Notes under the pieces: generated by a model | The model's input: the letters and a program-made list of their open reading frames with translations, nothing else | Told to the model about the DNA's origin: nothing | The model's database searches: none | Source of the DNA: Escherichia phage F13 | Direction: 5' to 3' (one strand) | DNA length: 64,000 nt | Sequence record: OP745617 | Made by a program: the position numbers and the translations under genes | Shown here: positions 26,213 to 34,816 of the stretch, in pieces | Position numbering within the stretch: position 1 is the stretch's first letter | Layout: every line of letters starts with the position of its first letter

Positions 26213-26541
26213 TGTATCAAATACCACTTGACAGCGTACCTAACCAGAATATCAGCTTTAACGTTGACGGTGCATATTGGCAGTTGCACATTTTTGCCGC
26301 TATCGAGCACATGTGCGCCGACGTATACCGCAACGGTGAACTTTTGATTCAAGGGGTGCGCTGTTTTGGTGGTATCCCAATGGTGCCTTATAAGTATCTC
26401 ATGATTGGGTACGGTAATTTCATTTTCGACAGCGTACCTGATTATGAAAGTTTTAACTCTGGCGGCTGTAATCTATATTACATGTCAGAATCTGAGTTGG
26501 CTGAATTCCAGGCAACTGCTGAAGCGGAGTTTGCAATTTGA
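26212..26541 (+). CDS. hypothetical protein (109 aa)
   Basis: ATGA coupling with upstream gene. Confidence 0.4.
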   Translation: MYQIPLDSVPNQNISFNVDGAYWQLHIFAAIEHMCADVYRNGELLIQGVRCFGGIPMVPYKYLMIGYGNFIFDSVPDYESFNSGGCNLYYMSESELAEFQATAEAEFAI

Positions 26542-26894
26542 CAACTCTAACAATTGAAGTTAACGAAAATAATGACCTTTTTCTGCCTGATGGAAGAAAC
26601 TTAAATATTCTTTCAGGAGAAAAAGCGATGGTGCAAGTAATCAAGGCCGCGCACCAGATGCGACTTGGTGAAGACTTGTACGATATAGAAAACGGTGTCG
26701 ATTATTTGGGGACCGTTTTCAAGTCGCCCGTTGACGAAGACGGTGCGCGAAAGTCGATTGCAGATGCTATTCTGAAGAAAGCAGACGTTGCCGGAATCGA
26801 CTCGTTGACTGTCACCATCCAAAACGGTATCCTTGGATTCACTGCAGAAGTGGTGACTATTTATGGCGAACGTATAAAGGTGAGTAATCAATAA
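26538..26894 (+). CDS. hypothetical protein (118 aa, non-ATG start)
   Basis: Overlaps neighbours by 4 nt. Confidence 0.4.
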   Translation: MTTLTIEVNENNDLFLPDGRNLNILSGEKAMVQVIKAAHQMRLGEDLYDIENGVDYLGTVFKSPVDEDGARKSIADAILKKADVAGIDSLTVTIQNGILGFTAEVVTIYGERIKVSNQ

Positions 26895-27160
26895 TGGCAC
26901 AAGTAATTCATTTTGCAAATGGCGTCATGAAATTTGGCGAAAAATTTGAAGACGCATCAGAGCTGTTTAATAAGAAGGTTGATCCTGTTGCAGAAATCAA
27001 AGAGCAGGTCGAAGAAAAATCCGTTGAACAAAAACTAGATTTTGATTCCATGAGCGTTTCAGAATTGAAGTCTTATGCTAAAGAAAATGGCATTGACATC
27101 AAGGGTCTTTCTTATAAGGATGAAATTCTTGCTGCAGTTAAATCTGCATCTGCGGAGTAA
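26894..27160 (+). CDS. hypothetical acidic protein (88 aa)
   Basis: Coupled ORF. Confidence 0.4.
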   Translation: MAQVIHFANGVMKFGEKFEDASELFNKKVDPVAEIKEQVEEKSVEQKLDFDSMSVSELKSYAKENGIDIKGLSYKDEILAAVKSASAE

Positions 27161-27162
27161 AC

Positions 27163-27660
27163 ATGGTCAATATTAGTGGATTTGGCACAAGCATTAGAAT
27201 TGTCGCTCTTCAATCTTTTCCTGTTGGGCTGAATATCAGTTCTTTGTCTGATGACCAGGATTCGCTAATCATTGAGGAAGTTGAATCAGTAGGTTATCAA
27301 CTTACTTACGACGGCGGCATTTGCATATACGACAAAGCCGCCGTCGTTCGCGTATCCATTGCGGTCATTCCAAACACTGAAGACGACATAAATCTTAAGC
27401 TTTTATTATCTGCCCGTAAAGGTGGATTCAAGTGGTTGCCAATTCAGGATGTGACATCGATGCTCATTACATATCCTGACGGTGGAAGGGTGGCATTCTC
27501 TAACGGAACGATAATCAGCGGTCCGCTTGGTGACTCCATAGAGCAATCAGGCCGTCGCAAGACAAACCGATACACATTTGTGTTTGCCAGCTACGGTGGC
27601 GCACAGAGCACGTCTCAAATTGCCAAGGGCGTGGTGCAGAGCATATTGGGGTCCATTTAA
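27163..27660 (+). CDS. tail tube-like protein, paralog 2
   Basis: MVNISGFGTSIRIVALQSFPVG… aligns along its length with the 25745-26212 product. Confidence 0.5.
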   Translation: MVNISGFGTSIRIVALQSFPVGLNISSLSDDQDSLIIEEVESVGYQLTYDGGICIYDKAAVVRVSIAVIPNTEDDINLKLLLSARKGGFKWLPIQDVTSMLITYPDGGRVAFSNGTIISGPLGDSIEQSGRRKTNRYTFVFASYGGAQSTSQIAKGVVQSILGSI

Positions 27661-28193
27661 TGGCTATCGATTTACTGTCATATAGTCTATCAAACAGAAG
27701 CTTCACGATAAAGAGCTTCAACCTTGGAGAAGTATCCACGCTTGGATGGGCCATAGTCAACGTCAAAATAAGACTCCAAGCAAAGATATTCAAAAACCAA
27801 AGGGAAGACGGCAGCTATATTGTCGATGGCAGAGTAAAGATGCCGCGAATACTCACTGTCACCGTGATAGCTCAGACGAAAAGCGCATCAGATGCAATAG
27901 CTAAGATGTTGCAAAACAGGTCGACTATATACACAATTAATTCCCGTGGTCTAATATTCGAACGTATGGTGCTGCAAAATAACAACTTCAGCCAGGACGC
28001 TGACAATATAACGTCTCAGCCCATACAATTGGTCTTCCATGAGATATTAACACAGCAGGATGTGTCTATTCAAACAGCGCAGGCAGGCGACTCAACAGTA
28101 ATAGAGCGCGGCATTGCATACATAAAAGAAACTTCTGCCAGCGTCACCGGCGTCGCTACAAAGGTGATGAATGGTATCAAGGGGATGTTCTGA
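27660..28193 (+). CDS. hypothetical tail protein (177 aa)
   Basis: Coupled ORF in the tail module. Confidence 0.4.
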   Translation: MAIDLLSYSLSNRSFTIKSFNLGEVSTLGWAIVNVKIRLQAKIFKNQREDGSYIVDGRVKMPRILTVTVIAQTKSASDAIAKMLQNRSTIYTINSRGLIFERMVLQNNNFSQDADNITSQPIQLVFHEILTQQDVSIQTAQAGDSTVIERGIAYIKETSASVTGVATKVMNGIKGMF

Positions 28194-28753
28194 TGGACTT
28201 CGTTTCGATTCTGCTTTCTGGTCAATCTTTGACCATAACGAATGAGTCAACAGGTCTTCCTGTCTGGACAAGGCTTTCACCTGTTTCTGCAGAAATAACA
28301 TCCCCAGCAGAAACAACTCAATTCCCTCTTGCTGGCACAGCCATGCAGGTTGTCGAAGTATCAAGCACGTCATCAGTAAGCAATTTACAGGCAGCAAAGG
28401 TTGTAATGCCAGCCCATATGGCGTTAAACGTAATTTGCAATGACCAGTCTACAATTGAAAATATCATAAATTCATTTGATGATGACGAAGTCACATTTTC
28501 AATAACTTCTCGAAGCATCATTGCCAGTAAAATGTCGATGTCCGACGTTGAAATAACCCAGTCAGAAGAAAACTTGAATGGAGTCTCAATAGTAATAACT
28601 TTCGAGCAAACGTCATTTAGCATTCAAGGAAGCTTCGACCCTAAACAATCTGCAGACGAATCATCAAATGGTGTTGCTATTAAAGAACCAGTCAGTTTGA
28701 CTACAACTGTGAGTTCGTTATATAATAAAATAAAATCAACAGTAGGAATATAA
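28193..28753 (+). CDS. hypothetical tail protein (186 aa)
   Basis: Coupled ORF. Confidence 0.4.
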   Translation: MDFVSILLSGQSLTITNESTGLPVWTRLSPVSAEITSPAETTQFPLAGTAMQVVEVSSTSSVSNLQAAKVVMPAHMALNVICNDQSTIENIINSFDDDEVTFSITSRSIIASKMSMSDVEITQSEENLNGVSIVITFEQTSFSIQGSFDPKQSADESSNGVAIKEPVSLTTTVSSLYNKIKSTVGI

Positions 28754-28754
28754 A

Positions 28755-29171
28755 ATGAAGATCACCAACAAACAAACTGGTCGTACAGTAGAAATTAAAA
28801 TCAGCAAAATGACTGCGATGGAAGGCTGGAATATTCAGCGTCGCTTTGTCGAATTTGCAATGTCGAAAGACCCTGCGTTTCGTTCAGAGTATACGATGGA
28901 AGTGTTGAGCTTCGCAAAAGTCGAGCTTGATGTGGGTCAAGAAATCCCATTAAGCACTGGTGCACTAATTGACAACCATCTTGGTGACTGGGAAAACCTT
29001 AAAGAAGTCTTCGAAGCAGTCCTCATGGAGAACGGTATAAACCCAGATACTCACGCCGAGCGTGAAGGCTACTGGGAACAAGCTGGCGGCGAAATGGCTG
29101 CAGCATTCATCGGCGAATCGATGCGATTAATCGCGCCATTCCTCAGCGGCGAGACTCCAAACAAGGGGTAA
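28755..29171 (+). CDS. tail assembly chaperone (candidate)
   Basis: 138-aa acidic protein immediately upstream of and in the same frame as the tape measure gene. Confidence 0.4.
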   Translation: MKITNKQTGRTVEIKISKMTAMEGWNIQRRFVEFAMSKDPAFRSEYTMEVLSFAKVELDVGQEIPLSTGALIDNHLGDWENLKEVFEAVLMENGINPDTHAEREGYWEQAGGEMAAAFIGESMRLIAPFLSGETPNKG

Positions 29172-29174
29172 ACT

Positions 29175-31355
29175 GTGTCTGACTCATTAGAAAAATTTGT
29201 GCTTCAATATACGGTGGACTTGAAAGAGTCCATCAATCGTCTTGAGCAATTGCAAGATAAAGTTGATCAGACAAACAAAAAGGCGAAATCCGCTGGAAAA
29301 GATTTCTCTGGAGCATTCAAAGATGTTTTTGGCGAGCTAAAGCCGCTCACTGGTGAGCTAGGGTCAATCGACGGAATACTTGCGCGGCTGACATATCGTT
29401 TTGCCGCGCTTGTTCCTGTGGTAGCAGGATTGGCTGTCGTTGTCAAATCCATCGTTGATGTTCGAAAAGAATACGAAGCGCAAAGAAAGCTTGGTTTTGA
29501 AGCCGGACTCTCTCCAATGGGTGTCGAACAACTACAACGACAGTTGAATGAAAGTTCAGGTGGCATCCTTGGCGCACAGGGGTCGCGCGATTTAATCAGC
29601 AAAGCTTCTAATTTGGCATTCAATGCATACACCAACCCTGATGTGATGAACAAGGACAACTTGTTGCTGAACAAGATGGGGACAAGTCCTTTCAATAGTA
29701 ACGGCGGCATCAAAGACACGAATCAGCTGCTTGATGAAATTGGAACAAAGCTGAGAAGTGTTAATGAGCAAACCGCTCGTGCCATTGGTGCTCTGGCAGG
29801 ATTCACGGCTGATGAAGTCCGCGCCCTTCGTGAGCGCAACCAGTCTGTGAAAGAAAGCACGCGCATAAGTGACGAAGAAACCGCGAAGCTGCAAAGACAG
29901 CAAGCTGCTCTTGAGACTATACGAAATAGTATGGGGCAAATTCAAGAAGATTGGCGGCGTATTGAACTGGTCATCGGTGAAAACGTTATGCCTGCATTCT
30001 CGACGCTTGTCAGCAAAACCGCCGATACAGTCGAAGGATTCCAGATGATGTTCCAAAGAATGTCCGATGGGTGGTCTGAATTCGTCGACAATTTCATCGC
30101 TGACTTGAAACATCCGTTCGACAAGCAGGCCGCTGTCAACGAGCGTCACGAGCGTGCCGTTGATAGATGGATCACGCAGATGGCAGACGGCGATGTGAAA
30201 CGCCAGAGGAACCAGGAGCAAAACGCTGCTGAACAACGCTCTGCACAGGCTCTTTTTACTCGCGATATCAACCTGTTTTCAAGTGCCGTTTCAACCTTTG
30301 CTGGCGTGATTGATGAGCGTCAAGCTTGGGCGGCATGGGCAGGTGAAATCGGGCGCAGCGCAGGGCAATCCGCGATGCCTGGAACACCAGCATTGAATAC
30401 TGGCGCGACCGTAGGGAATAATCTTGGGTCAGGGAATCCGACAGCATACGACTCAATATATGAGGAAGCTTCAAAACGCTATGGTATACCTGTTGCGATG
30501 ATGAAGGCCGTAACAGAAGTCGAATCTGGATTCAACCCCAATGCCGTAAGCGGAGCAGGTGCGACCGGACTGATGCAAATCATGCCTTCCAACTTCAAGG
30601 GTCTTGGTATCACAGACGGCAACGACCCTAGACAAAACATTATGGGCGGCGCTCAACTGTTGAAAGAGTATTTAAACGCTGCCAACGGCGATTGGAATCT
30701 TGCGCTGACGATGTATCACGGTGGCTACGACCGCAGCGGCTGGGGCAAGAATACACGCGCTTATCCTGGAAAGGTCATGGCAGCTCTCGACCGACAATCC
30801 AATGGTGAGTATGCCACGGCAGCGCCGCAAGGTGCACCAGTTACTCCAGTACTTAGCGGTAGCGGAGCGGAAGCACCAAAGGGCCGTTATGCACCAGTAC
30901 AAGGTCAATCGCGCCAAACGGTGCAATACAGGCAATTGCAAGAAGCCATTGCAGGATACCTGAACGTACCAGTTGAGCAGTTGATGCAGGGACAAGTCAA
31001 CAAAGGTGATATTGACTTTGCTCAAACTTACCTTAAGCTTGGAACGCAAAGGGATTATATTAAAAACATGCAACTGGCTTCAACTCCAGGTGTAAGACCG
31101 AACATTCAAGCCGAAGCGATGAAAAACGCTCGTCTTGCTGCATTCCAACTTGAAGCATTCCAGAAATACGGCGGCGACCTTTCCGCGAATAGTCGACCTG
31201 GTGGGCGTGATATTACTATGGGTCAGAAAAACGTTGTCATCAACGTCAACGGCGCTCAAGACCCACGCAGCACGGCATTCGAAACGAAACGAGTGCTTGA
31301 ACAAGATGATATCAACGACATAAACAACCTTACTGCTACACCTTTGAAGTGGTGA
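29175..31355 (+). CDS. tail tape measure protein with lytic transglycosylase (SLT) domain
   Basis: 726 aa, helical N-terminus; VTEVESGFNPNAVSGAGATGLMQIMPSNF is the SLT signature; GTG start with AAGGGG RBS. Confidence 0.75.
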   Translation: MSDSLEKFVLQYTVDLKESINRLEQLQDKVDQTNKKAKSAGKDFSGAFKDVFGELKPLTGELGSIDGILARLTYRFAALVPVVAGLAVVVKSIVDVRKEYEAQRKLGFEAGLSPMGVEQLQRQLNESSGGILGAQGSRDLISKASNLAFNAYTNPDVMNKDNLLLNKMGTSPFNSNGGIKDTNQLLDEIGTKLRSVNEQTARAIGALAGFTADEVRALRERNQSVKESTRISDEETAKLQRQQAALETIRNSMGQIQEDWRRIELVIGENVMPAFSTLVSKTADTVEGFQMMFQRMSDGWSEFVDNFIADLKHPFDKQAAVNERHERAVDRWITQMADGDVKRQRNQEQNAAEQRSAQALFTRDINLFSSAVSTFAGVIDERQAWAAWAGEIGRSAGQSAMPGTPALNTGATVGNNLGSGNPTAYDSIYEEASKRYGIPVAMMKAVTEVESGFNPNAVSGAGATGLMQIMPSNFKGLGITDGNDPRQNIMGGAQLLKEYLNAANGDWNLALTMYHGGYDRSGWGKNTRAYPGKVMAALDRQSNGEYATAAPQGAPVTPVLSGSGAEAPKGRYAPVQGQSRQTVQYRQLQEAIAGYLNVPVEQLMQGQVNKGDIDFAQTYLKLGTQRDYIKNMQLASTPGVRPNIQAEAMKNARLAAFQLEAFQKYGGDLSANSRPGGRDITMGQKNVVINVNGAQDPRSTAFETKRVLEQDDINDINNLTATPLKW

Positions 31356-31359
31356 TAAT

Positions 31360-32232
31360 TTGAAAAAGAGAATCCTTAAAGTCACCTTATCTATGCCGGA
31401 TGGCACAAGCCAAGTGCTTGATGAAGGATTGATGCTTAGATGCCGAATCAAAAAGGCAGCACTTTCCGTGCAAAATAAGGCCACAATCGAAGTCGCAGGA
31501 TTGACAGGGTACTTGAGAGAGTACCTGCTTTCCAACTTCACCGCATTCAACAAACGTCTGCGTGATCAAGGTCAATTGGCGGCGAATTATGTCAACGTAA
31601 CAATTGAAGCTGGATATAGAGAAGGCAACGTTGTTAGTAGCAACTTAGTCTACAAGGGGCAAGTCACAACGGTCGAGATAACAGCGCCGCCGCCGAACAT
31701 CGTCATACGCATCACTTGCTACACCAACCAGATAAACAGGACTAAGTTTATCACTCAAGCTGCACCGTCAAACCCAACATTCAAAGAGTTTGTGGAGTGG
31801 TCGGCAAAGCAAATGGATATTGATACTGTTATATGCGATACTTCGATTAACAATCAGCGCCTTGTTAACCCAGGCCGCACAACATATGTTGCAGCCGCCT
31901 TGTTGCTTGAGATTCAGAACTATCAAAGGAACTCTATTGCGGCATATATCGATGATGATACGCTCATCGTCAAGGATAAAGACAAAATTCTGAATCCAGA
32001 ACAGATAACGGTGATTGAGGAATTTGTCGGAATACCGATGTGGAACGAGTGGGGCGCTGACTTCACTTGCATGTATAACGCGGATTTGAAGCTTGCCCAA
32101 GGTGTGAAATTCAAATCAGTCTTAAACCCAAGCTTGAACGACACCACATTCGTCATCATGCAACTTGAATATGATTTAGCAAGTCGTGATGACATATTTA
32201 CGGTGACGGGCGGCGTTGCACCATCGGCCTAA
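31360..32232 (+). CDS. tail/baseplate hub protein (candidate)
   Basis: Position directly after the tape measure. Confidence 0.4.
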   Translation: MKKRILKVTLSMPDGTSQVLDEGLMLRCRIKKAALSVQNKATIEVAGLTGYLREYLLSNFTAFNKRLRDQGQLAANYVNVTIEAGYREGNVVSSNLVYKGQVTTVEITAPPPNIVIRITCYTNQINRTKFITQAAPSNPTFKEFVEWSAKQMDIDTVICDTSINNQRLVNPGRTTYVAAALLLEIQNYQRNSIAAYIDDDTLIVKDKDKILNPEQITVIEEFVGIPMWNEWGADFTCMYNADLKLAQGVKFKSVLNPSLNDTTFVIMQLEYDLASRDDIFTVTGGVAPSA

Positions 32233-32234
32233 AT

Positions 32235-32756
32235 ATGAGAAAGAATAAAGTAATTGATTTGTTTGGAGTTACTTATGAAATACATCAATTCAGCGCAATA
32301 GATGCGTTTGAAATGGTTGATGCGATAAGCATATTAACTCCACTTGAATTATTAAGTGAATGTCATGTTATTAAATATGACGGAACTAAAGTCAGATTAA
32401 ATTCTGAGAAGGCCATCAGTGAAGAAGTGAAAAGTGTGCCAAATCACTTGCCGCCCAACCTTGTATTGAAAGTTCTAATGGAAGCGGTAAAGAAGCACAA
32501 TTTTGGATTCCTCAGTGATTGGAAAGGCACTAAGATTCCAAATAGATTCTTGGCTGACGTTCCGACCGTGGAGCCTAATTATCTTGAGCCGATGGTTGCA
32601 AGCCTAATAAACAATGGTCTTGCTTCGTTAAAAGAATTGGAAGAATATTATTCATTGCGTGATGCATTCGCTATGTTTGATGGACTAATAGCAAAATCAC
32701 TTAATGAAGCCTACTCAAACGAAGCTGCCATTAAAGAATCAAAGTCAAATCGCTAA
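32235..32756 (+). CDS. hypothetical tail protein (173 aa)
   Basis: ORF between the hub-like gene and an internal promoter. Confidence 0.4.
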   Translation: MRKNKVIDLFGVTYEIHQFSAIDAFEMVDAISILTPLELLSECHVIKYDGTKVRLNSEKAISEEVKSVPNHLPPNLVLKVLMEAVKKHNFGFLSDWKGTKIPNRFLADVPTVEPNYLEPMVASLINNGLASLKELEEYYSLRDAFAMFDGLIAKSLNEAYSNEAAIKESKSNR

Positions 32757-32760
32757 AATA

Positions 32761-32789
32761 TTGCTTATAGACTCCTTATAGATTATAAT
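32761..32789 (+). promoter_or_regulatory. sigma70-like promoter TTGCTT-N17-TATAAT inside the tail module
   Basis: Consensus-like hexamers with 17-bp spacer upstream of the baseplate genes. Confidence 0.45.
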
Positions 32790-32813
32790 TTGTTGATCAG
32801 ATATAAGGAGTCT

Positions 32814-33542
32814 ATGATGGCAGAAAAGTTAACCCAACTTACAAGCCCCAACCAAACTGACAAATCAAGTATGTTTGCCGCGCTGCAGGGAATGCTGGAC
32901 CGTGGCAAGTATACCACTGACGGCATGATTCCTGCACAAGTAATATCTTATGACCGCAAACAGAATTTAGCAGTCATAAAGCCTGTTATTCATTTCGTAA
33001 GTCTTGATGATAAACCAGTGGAGCGTCAACCCCTGGTGTCAATTCCTGTGTTGGCAATCGGCGGCGGCGGCTTTGTAATCAACTTTCCTCTGAAAGAGGG
33101 TGATTTGGGCTGGATATTCGCTGGCGACCGCGAGTTGTCGACATTCCTTGAAGAATTGAAGCCGACCGCGCCTACCAATGGTCGCGCGAAAACTTTCGCT
33201 GATGGACTGTTCATACCGGATGTATTTCGAAAATACACCATAAGCGGAGAGGATGCAGGCTCAATGGTAATCCAGTCACTCAGCGGCGCTGTCCGCATTG
33301 CATTAAGTGATGACTCGATAAACATAACTGCATCCGCTGGAGTAAATGTGAAAACACCAATAACCACTATCGACCAACAATTGATAGTTAATGGAAAGGC
33401 AACGTTCAATGGTGGTATAGAAGGGAAAGAAGGAACGACGGCAACGCTTCCGACTGGCACAACAATCGGCGGCATAAATGTATCCACTCACGGTCACATA
33501 GGTAACGGACCTGGAAACAGAACTGGGGATATGATAGAATGA
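32814..33542 (+). CDS. baseplate spike/gpV-like protein (candidate)
   Basis: AAGGAG RBS, ATG 32814/32817; Gly-rich C-terminus ending GGINVSTHGHIGNGPGN. Confidence 0.45.
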   Translation: MMAEKLTQLTSPNQTDKSSMFAALQGMLDRGKYTTDGMIPAQVISYDRKQNLAVIKPVIHFVSLDDKPVERQPLVSIPVLAIGGGGFVINFPLKEGDLGWIFAGDRELSTFLEELKPTAPTNGRAKTFADGLFIPDVFRKYTISGEDAGSMVIQSLSGAVRIALSDDSINITASAGVNVKTPITTIDQQLIVNGKATFNGGIEGKEGTTATLPTGTTIGGINVSTHGHIGNGPGNRTGDMIE

Positions 33543-34810
33543 GTGCACAATATTCTTACATAGTAAGCACTGGTGTAATAACCATCGACACAGCCGATTT
33601 GCTGGCTGACGTTCAAAGTGAATGGATTGAGTCATTAGGGGTCGGGCTTGACGTTGATGCATCGACACCGCAAGGCACCCTAATCGCGACAGAGACTTTG
33701 GCAAGAACTTCAGTCATGAAGAACAACGCCGAGCTGGGAAGTCTCATCAACCCTAATTATTCATATGGCGTATACCTTGATGCCATCGCGGCATTGCTTG
33801 GTATTGAGCGAACGAAAAACATCAGCACGATGTTGAAAGGAATTACCGCAGAAGGAACGCCGCTGTTGGAAATTCCTGCTGGAAGTTTGCTGACGGATTC
33901 AAACGGCACATACTGGTATGTTCTTGAAGACGTTCAAATCACTTCGACTGGCAAGACAAGCAACATGACTCTTGCATCAAAAGATTATGGCTCATTTACT
34001 GTTGCCCCTGATGAAGAGTTTACAGTGGTGCAAGGATATGACGTCATCGGATGGTCAAGAACGTATTCAACATCAGCAACGACGACCGTACCAGGTACGC
34101 AATACATGGGCGACGGAGCGTTAAAGGCCGCTCGCGTAAAGCGCCTTTACCAGCAGGGAATTGCATCGCTTGGTGCTATTCGCGCTCGCGCCATGTCGGT
34201 CGACGGCGTGGAATCGGTGATGGTCGTGGAGAACGACACGGGATTGCCTGGAACGGTGCGCGGCATCACCTTTTCAACGCCTAACGGTGTCTGGGTGTGC
34301 GCAAGCGGAACGTTCGATAAGCAAGTTTTTGCTGAGACTATTTTCAAGGCAAAGATGGGCGGCCAGCCGTGGGACTTTGGTGCTACCAACCAGGGTGATC
34401 CAGTCAACTCGCCTGATGGAATAGAAGTTGTCGACGAAGAATCGCAACTGTCTTATTTCGTAAAGTTCAACACTGCTGTCATATATGACTTGTATGTCGA
34501 TATTACTGTTGTAAGAGGCACCGCAACCGCCGATGCCGAATCTATTATTGCCGCTGTGTTGAATTACGGTAATGGAAATTTTAACGGCGAGCAAGGATAT
34601 GCAGTGGGCCAATCTCAATCTTCTTTTGAGATTGCTTCAGCAGTGTCTTGCGAGTATCCAGGTCTGTACATTAAAGATTGCAAAATTGCAGCAGTAAAAA
34701 GCGGACAGGCAGCGCCAAATTATCCATCCGATTACGGCAGCGAGTGGATTGCCAATCCTTGGGATAAGGCTAATACTATGCGCGGCTTCATCAACGTTAA
34801 ATTTGTGTGA
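33539..34810 (+). CDS. baseplate J-like protein (candidate)
   Basis: 423 aa, ATGA coupling, position after the spike-like gene. Confidence 0.45.
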   Translation: MSAQYSYIVSTGVITIDTADLLADVQSEWIESLGVGLDVDASTPQGTLIATETLARTSVMKNNAELGSLINPNYSYGVYLDAIAALLGIERTKNISTMLKGITAEGTPLLEIPAGSLLTDSNGTYWYVLEDVQITSTGKTSNMTLASKDYGSFTVAPDEEFTVVQGYDVIGWSRTYSTSATTTVPGTQYMGDGALKAARVKRLYQQGIASLGAIRARAMSVDGVESVMVVENDTGLPGTVRGITFSTPNGVWVCASGTFDKQVFAETIFKAKMGGQPWDFGATNQGDPVNSPDGIEVVDEESQLSYFVKFNTAVIYDLYVDITVVRGTATADAESIIAAVLNYGNGNFNGEQGYAVGQSQSSFEIASAVSCEYPGLYIKDCKIAAVKSGQAAPNYPSDYGSEWIANPWDKANTMRGFINVKFV

Positions 34811-34816
34811 GGAACT

